This document shows, piece after piece, positions 61,724 through 64,000 of a stretch of 64,000 nucleotides of DNA; within the stretch, counting starts at the first letter, position 1; every line of letters starts with the position of its first letter. This stretch comes from a virus (taxonomy: Duplodnaviria; Heunggongvirae; Uroviricota; Caudoviricetes). Both the position numbers and the translations under genes were made by a program. Location: the IMG/VR virus record IMGVR_UViG_3300046518_000157, positions 24,398 through 88,397 of that record; one strand, given 5' to 3'. A model generated the notes under the pieces. That model saw only the letters and a program-made list of their open reading frames with translations, had not been told where the DNA came from and searched no databases.

Positions 61724-62969
61724 TTTCTACCTCATCTTCTTCAGTTTCTTCAGTTTCTTCGGCGGCATTCTTAGTTAGTTTAGGTAGGAGGTCTTCATAA
61801 CCACCTAATCCAGTCCAAGGAACAATATCCCAGACTGCAGTTTTCAAACTATAAGTACCCTGCGCACCACTATCAAGACTATGAAGAACAAGCAAAGTAT
61901 CAAAAGCCATATTTTTCACCCGTACTTTGGTAGTGTGCCAAATGTACAAGATATCGAACTTAATGTTGTGCCCTACCTTCGGTCTTGGCCCTTCTAAGAA
62001 AGGAGTAACCAAAGCCCATGCTTCGTCTCCACTATACATCTTGTTCTCACGATGCCACAGTGGAACTACCAATGCTTTAACTTCTTTGTCAATTGGATCT
62101 CGATACCCGAACTGAATACAAAGCAGTTTGGCATTTTCAGCCAGCCCGTCTAAGCTGGTCGTTTCAGTATCTAGACTGATGATTGAGTTTGCTGGCAAAC
62201 CATCAATGATAGCCATGAACTCTTTTACTTCTTCAATGCTTCGTGCAATGCGAATACGGTTCTGTTTATAAAACTCAATCGCTTCAGCTAACGTAGGCGG
62301 TTTAAGATGACCACGAGCCATTGCTGCGGCCTTCTTGAAGTCTCGGAGAATCACACCATACAACTCTTGTCCCCAGAAGGCTCCAGAGGCGTTCTGACGA
62401 ATCATCGTCAATGCTCTTGGATGGATTGTGATAACTACGTTATCAACATACTCACCACGATTACCAGTATTGCTGTGTTTCTTATAACCCAACGCTTTAG
62501 TCACAACTGTTGCCAGACTGATGATGACCTTTGGTTTACAACGATCTATCTCAGCTAAAAGATAAGGTTTACATTTCATTAGCCGTGTTGCAGTTGGTGC
62601 TTTCCCTTTTGGAAAGTCTTCTTCTGTCGGACTACATTTAAGCAAGTTCACCAATCGGTACTTCAACGTTCCAAACCCTGCTTGTTTACAGAGATGGTGA
62701 ATGATATCCTGCTGGATCTTTTCTTGCTGACCCTCTACTCTATCCCACTTCCCAGCGGGTGCCGCGTGATCCTGGATAATCAGAATATCAACTTCGTTTT
62801 GAGCAAGGCGAACAGCATCATACGATTTACATTTGAGCTTACAGACTTTGTCGCAATACGTCTTACTGATCTTGCTAAAGTCTTCCTTGCTATGGATTGC
62901 CACTTCTACAGACGTTGTAATCTTTCTCTCATACAACTCGTTCAGTGGAAGATCTGAGATCTTCGCCAT
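61716..62969 (-). CDS. 3'-5' exonuclease domain protein of the split family-A polymerase (N-terminal extra domain possibly UDG-like)
   Basis: Exo I motif ISLDTETTSLD; ends 8 nt into the polymerase gene start. Confidence 0.6.
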   Translation of the reverse strand: MAKISDLPLNELYERKITTSVEVAIHSKEDFSKISKTYCDKVCKLKCKSYDAVRLAQNEVDILIIQDHAAPAGKWDRVEGQQEKIQQDIIHHLCKQAGFGTLKYRLVNLLKCSPTEEDFPKGKAPTATRLMKCKPYLLAEIDRCKPKVIISLATVVTKALGYKKHSNTGNRGEYVDNVVITIHPRALTMIRQNASGAFWGQELYGVILRDFKKAAAMARGHLKPPTLAEAIEFYKQNRIRIARSIEEVKEFMAIIDGLPANSIISLDTETTSLDGLAENAKLLCIQFGYRDPIDKEVKALVVPLWHRENKMYSGDEAWALVTPFLEGPRPKVGHNIKFDILYIWHTTKVRVKNMAFDTLLVLHSLDSGAQGTYSLKTAVWDIVPWTGLGGYEDLLPKLTKNAAEETEETEEDEVESD

Positions 62970-63034
62970 TTGTTTCTTATTCCTTGTAAAACACTATTAT
63001 CTCATTGAACGAGCGGCTCAACAAGACTTGACTT

Positions 63035-63517
63035 TTAGTGACTATAGTACGCTGAAACCATCATTACTGGTTCCGTGTAGCTTATACCATACTTCTCACA
63101 AAAATTGCGCAGCCTATCGATATCATCTTGTGTTACGCCAAGACATTCTTTATCAAGCTCTGCTGGTTCCCAGATTTCTCCTAGAGATAAATTCTTAGTA
63201 TACAGAATATAACCAGGATAGTCACACGTGCCATACTTGGTAATACCTACTCCATAGTTTTCGAAAGCGTTATTTTTCCGCTTCCAGTACTCGCTGTATT
63301 CCTTGCTATTTTTCTCACAGTACTCTTCTTCAGGGCGCTTAATATTGAGTTCTTTTAAAATCAATTCCTGAATAGCATCTTCGACACCATCTTCAAGCTC
63401 TTCTATACCCAGAGCATTAGCGAGAGCTTTCTCGAATTCTTCGAACTCTTCCCATGCACTATCTGAACTACCTACATTTATCCCGAAGGACAAATTCATA
63501 TGAATATCCAAACCCAT
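63035..63517 (-). CDS. Hypothetical acidic protein
   Basis: 160-aa ORF. Confidence 0.4.
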   Translation of the reverse strand: MGLDIHMNLSFGINVGSSDSAWEEFEEFEKALANALGIEELEDGVEDAIQELILKELNIKRPEEEYCEKNSKEYSEYWKRKNNAFENYGVGITKYGTCDYPGYILYTKNLSLGEIWEPAELDKECLGVTQDDIDRLRNFCEKYGISYTEPVMMVSAYYSH

Positions 63518-64000
63518 TACTTACCTTCATGAAAAATCTTGAATGAACCTTGACTTACCGGCAGGGACGTAAGCTTAGGAACTTCCTTTATAACCTCGAT
63601 TGAACTTCGCATTACTTCTCTTGAAGCTGGTTTGTTAGCATCGGGAATCAACGACCAGGTATGATCATCGATAGCCACCAGCCTCTTTACCTTCCTAGTG
63701 AACGTACCTTGCCTGAAGCATTCAAGGTAGTCGTAGAAGTTAATGCCTACTTCGTGAAGCATTTGAATCTTCTCAGCAGTGTTTTTATGAAGCAACTCTG
63801 AGTTGTTGAAGACCGAGTGCGCAGCCATGCTGACACTGTTCTTACGAGCATCCCACTGACGCCAAACAAAGTAATCATACGCCTGATCCCATTTTGGGAA
63901 TTGAAATACACGAGCGTCGAACACAGGACGTGCTGCGAACTTGTTTGGCAAAAAGCCTTGAAGATAGCTGTTAAAGATCACCGAGCACTTAGCAGCGTAC
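63517..64000 (-). CDS. Possible Thg1-like protein (tRNA 5'-end 3'-5' nucleotidyltransferase), C-terminal part; the 5' end lies beyond the window
   Basis: DARVFQFPKWDQAYDYFVWRQWDARKNSVSMAAHSVF resembles the Thg1/TLP conserved segment (...R.V.YP....V.DYF.WRQ.D..INNLYNT.FW), recalled from memory. The reading frame continues open to the window edge. Confidence 0.35.
   Translation of the reverse strand, partial: YAAKCSVIFNSYLQGFLPNKFAARPVFDARVFQFPKWDQAYDYFVWRQWDARKNSVSMAAHSVFNNSELLHKNTAEKIQMLHEVGINFYDYLECFRQGTFTRKVKRLVAIDDHTWSLIPDANKPASREVMRSSIEVIKEVPKLTSLPVSQGSFKIFHEGK

Noticed and set aside
384-63198. All plus-strand ORFs in the six-frame track (for example 384..665, 2572..3117, 5290..5613, 6266..6724, 12789..13574, 14583..15422, 19071..19658, 33800..34687, 35253..35975, 36177..37304, 53384..53833, 55864..56523).
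   Set aside because: Each lies antisense to a longer minus-strand ORF that has recognisable domains or coupled start/stop junctions. No plus-strand ORF has a motif, an RBS context or the recurring promoter motif. Gene organisation is uniformly minus-strand.

Overview
This window looks like a 64-kb segment of a large tailed-phage genome. Every protein gene I can support lies on the minus strand, packed head-to-tail, and most intergenic gaps carry a recurring promoter-like motif (minus-strand TTGGTATAAG) and rho-independent terminators.

Recognisable content, all read by eye from the translations and sequence:
- Nucleotide metabolism: class I ribonucleotide reductase large and small subunits (NrdA/NrdB), a long flavin-dependent thymidylate-synthase-like protein (ThyX-like), a CMP/dCMP-type zinc deaminase, a deoxyribonucleotidase, and an NAD+ salvage pair (nicotinamide phosphoribosyltransferase NadV plus a bifunctional NMN adenylyltransferase/Nudix protein).
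- Replication: a split family-A DNA polymerase (exonuclease part and polymerase part), RNase H, an HNH endonuclease inserted between them, and a RuvC-like resolvase.
- A large tRNA bank of about 21 genes in the 37.3-46.9 kb region plus one at 25.9 kb. It includes a canonical tRNA with a CUA anticodon (amber suppressor) and several atypical tRNAs.
- A dense RNA-repair and translation-rescue toolkit: a Ro60/Rsr (TROVE+vWA) protein, a ~2.2-kb non-coding block holding at least three permuted tRNA-like modules that I interpret as Y-RNA-like genes, a Pnkp/Hen1 RNA repair pair, a pol-beta-type nucleotidyltransferase, a partial Thg1-like gene, two Pth2-type peptidyl-tRNA hydrolase-like proteins, a release-factor-like protein with no GGQ motif, and a DHH phosphoesterase.

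Other notable items:
- A tandem array of eight diverged paralogous small proteins (28385-31605) with a conserved CCLGVL core and a conserved C-terminus.
- An iteron- and palindrome-rich non-coding region (4950-5590).
- An acyl-carrier-protein gene next to a 2OG-Fe(II) oxygenase.
- An SPFH lipoprotein.
- A prepilin-like 44-aa peptide.
- Tandem 42-aa microproteins.
- An AAA+ ATPase with a large N-terminal domain.

I found no rRNA, no CRISPR array and no transposase or integrase. All coordinates for tRNAs, small ORFs and motifs were hand-derived from the sequence and may be off by a few bases.
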